From: an uncultured Alphaproteobacteria bacterium
Lineage (GTDB): Bacteria > Pseudomonadota > Alphaproteobacteria > CAWBKL01
Direction: 5' to 3'
DNA: 64,000 nt
NCBI GenBank assembly: GCA_963789405.1
Contig: CAWBKL010000007.1
Location: 70,276 to 134,275, forward strand
Shown: piece after piece, positions 62,109 through 64,000 of the stretch
Layout of the letters: each line of letters opens with the position of its first letter
Position numbering within the stretch: the first letter of the stretch is position 1
Notes under the pieces: model-generated
Databases searched by the model: none
Told to the model about the DNA's origin: nothing
Seen by the model: only the letters and a program-made list of their open reading frames with translations
Translations under genes and position numbers: made by a program

Positions 62109-62768
62109 ATGTGCGGCAAGTTCACCCAAATGGCTTCATGGGCACGCGTGCACGACTATTCCGGCTTCTTTTCAGCATCACCCGAGGATGCCCTCGAGAC
62201 CATTACGCCCATGCGCTTCGCCCAGGTCATCTGCCTGAATGGCGAGGGCAAGCGCGAGGTGCGTGAGATGCGCTGGGGCATTGCCGACCGGCGCGCCAAA
62301 TCCCCCGGCGAGCGGCCCAAGCATATCCATGCCCGCGCCGAGACCGTGGATGAGCTGCCGAGCTTCGCCGAAGCCTTTGCAAATCAGCGCGGCCTCGTGG
62401 TCGTGCACACCTTCAACGAAGGCGAGGAGATAACGCCGACCAAGACGCGCCAGCATGTGGTGACCCCGCGGGACGGCAAGCCCTTGGCCATCGCCGTAAT
62501 TTGGGAGCGCTGGATCCATCGCGACGAAGGCGAGCTTCTCACCTTCGCTATGATCACCACCCCGGCGAACAAGCTGATCTCCGAAATCACCGACCGGATG
62601 CCGGCCATCATCGCCCCTCAAGATTGGGCCGTCTGGCTCGGCGAGACCCCGGCGCCGCTCCTTGAAATTAAGGCCCTCTTGCGAACCCAAGATGGCGATT
62701 GGGACATGGCACCCCAAGCCAACAAGAGCCGGGCGCCCGGCAAACCAAACCAGCCAGACCTTTTCTGA
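62109..62768 (+). CDS. SOS response-associated peptidase (SRAP/HMCES-like)
   Basis: N-terminal MCGKF, RWG, HARAET, E, ITT.AN, RMPAII. Confidence 0.85.
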   Translation: MCGKFTQMASWARVHDYSGFFSASPEDALETITPMRFAQVICLNGEGKREVREMRWGIADRRAKSPGERPKHIHARAETVDELPSFAEAFANQRGLVVVHTFNEGEEITPTKTRQHVVTPRDGKPLAIAVIWERWIHRDEGELLTFAMITTPANKLISEITDRMPAIIAPQDWAVWLGETPAPLLEIKALLRTQDGDWDMAPQANKSRAPGKPNQPDLF

Positions 62769-62863
62769 CCCCCAAGCACCTGATTTCTTGACCTTGCAGC
62801 GGCGGCAAGTATATTGCCCCGCTCCCGGTGGCGCGGCCCCCGGGAAATGCAAGGATTTTGGCC

Positions 62864-63292
62864 ATGTTCGCTGTCATCAAGACCGGCGGTAAGCAATACA
62901 AGGTCGCCCCGGGCGATCTCGTCACCGTCGAGAAGCTCGCCGGAGATGCCGGCAAGGGCATCGACTTCGCCGAGGTCTTGATGGTGGGCGAAGGCGAGAA
63001 CATTGAGGTCGGCAAGCCTTTTGTCGATGGCGCGAAGGTTTCGGCCGAAGTCGCCGAGCAGGCGCGCGGGCCGAAGATCGTCGTCTTCAAAAAGCGCCGC
63101 CGCCAGAATTCGCGGCGCAAGAACGGCCATCGCCAGGATTTGACCGTGCTCCGCATCACCGAGATTGCCGGCCTTGGCAAAGTCGCGCGCGCCGAAAGCG
63201 CTGCTGCGGCAACCGAAGCGAAACCCAAGCGCACGCGCAAGAAGGCGGCTGAGGCTGAAGCGCCCGCCGCAACAACCGAGACCGAGGAGTAA
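62864..63292 (+). CDS. rplU: 50S ribosomal protein L21
   Basis: [14 protein letters not shown]...[17 protein letters not shown], with Ala/Lys-rich tail. Confidence 0.98.
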   Translation: MFAVIKTGGKQYKVAPGDLVTVEKLAGDAGKGIDFAEVLMVGEGENIEVGKPFVDGAKVSAEVAEQARGPKIVVFKKRRRQNSRRKNGHRQDLTVLRITEIAGLGKVARAESAAAATEAKPKRTRKKAAEAEAPAATTETEE

Positions 63293-63298
63293 GGCGCT

Positions 63299-63580
63299 AT
63301 GGCTCACAAGAAGGCAGGCGGCTCATCGCGCAATGGACGCAACTCCGAGAGCAAGCGTCTGGGCGTGAAGAAATTCGGCGGCCAGCATGTCGTCCCCGGC
63401 AACATCATCATTCGCCAACGTGGCACCACTTGGCATCCAGGTATGAATGTCGGCATGGGCCGCGATCATACGCTGTTCGCGCTTACCGCCGGCCAAGTGT
63501 CGTTCAAAACCGCAAAAGGTGGCCGCACCTATGTATCGATCGACACGAGTTCCAACCCGCCGGCAGCGGCAGCCGAATAA
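63299..63580 (+). CDS. rpmA: 50S ribosomal protein L27
   Basis: [14 protein letters not shown]...[23 protein letters not shown]. Confidence 0.98.
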   Translation: MAHKKAGGSSRNGRNSESKRLGVKKFGGQHVVPGNIIIRQRGTTWHPGMNVGMGRDHTLFALTAGQVSFKTAKGGRTYVSIDTSSNPPAAAAE

Positions 63581-63629
63581 ACAGTGGCGATAAGCGGGAT
63601 CGCCACAAGATGGCGATCCAGGAATTCCG

Positions 63630-63658
63630 GAGGGAGATGGTTCGCCATCTCCCTCTTT
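63630..63658 (+). terminator. Intrinsic terminator after rpmA
   Basis: GAGGGAGATGG-TTCG-CCATCTCCCTC followed by TTT. Confidence 0.7.
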
Positions 63659-63699
63659 GCTTCTTCCTCCAAAGAACACGGCCTGAAAGGAGGCCAATC

Positions 63700-64000
63700 A
63701 TGGAGGCGATAGAAGACGAGCGTGTCGAAACCGAGCGATTGAGATTACGCACGCCTGAGATGAGCGATGAGGCGCGCGTCGCCGAATTCATCGGCGACTG
63801 GGACGTTGCGAAAATGCTCGCAAATGTGCCCCACCCTTACGCACGCAAAGACGCGCGCATATGGCTCGCTCCGCAAAAGGAGCGAAGAGCCTCGGGCGAG
63901 GCATACAATTGCGCGATTGAGCTGAAAGCCTCACCCGGCCTTATCGGCGTGATCGGGCTTACCGGCATTCGGATGATCGAGGGCGGCAATGTTGCCGACT
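63700..64000 (+). CDS. GNAT (RimJ/RimL-like) acetyltransferase, partial
   Basis: MEAIEDERVETERLRLR...DVAKMLANVPHPY...; GGAGG RBS; typical position after rpmA; runs off window edge. Confidence 0.85.
   Translation, partial: MEAIEDERVETERLRLRTPEMSDEARVAEFIGDWDVAKMLANVPHPYARKDARIWLAPQKERRASGEAYNCAIELKASPGLIGVIGLTGIRMIEGGNVAD

Overview
This is a GC-rich alphaproteobacterial chromosomal segment; rplU-rpmA-GNAT lie at the right end and alphaproteobacterial palindromic repeats are present. Many genes carry single-base frameshifts that look like long-read indel errors. It contains four main blocks. (i) A dispersed aromatic/lignin-derived-compound catabolic set: two-subunit hydroquinone dioxygenase behind feoAB, tandem Rieske oxygenases, four beta-etherase-like GSTs (LigE, LigF-like, and a BaeA/BaeB-like pair), a carotenoid/lignostilbene-type dioxygenase, a flavin monooxygenase, an ADH and an ALDH. 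(ii) An uncharacterised operon of two double-MoaF proteins, a Tat-signal SnoaL-like protein and a conserved hypothetical protein. (iii) A cellulose synthase operon, bcsP/O-like-bcsAB-bcsC-bcsD-bcsZ. (iv) An Ec67-type retron (msr-msd plus RT-TOPRIM) split by an IS630. The retron is bracketed by 22-bp GGGGTCAGAGTA-type inverted repeats and sits inside a duplication of the ALDH 3' end, with no integrase nearby. Also present are tRNA-Ser(CGA), a possible triple beta-barrel outer-membrane protein and housekeeping/accessory genes. Family assignments come from recalled motifs; no database search was run.
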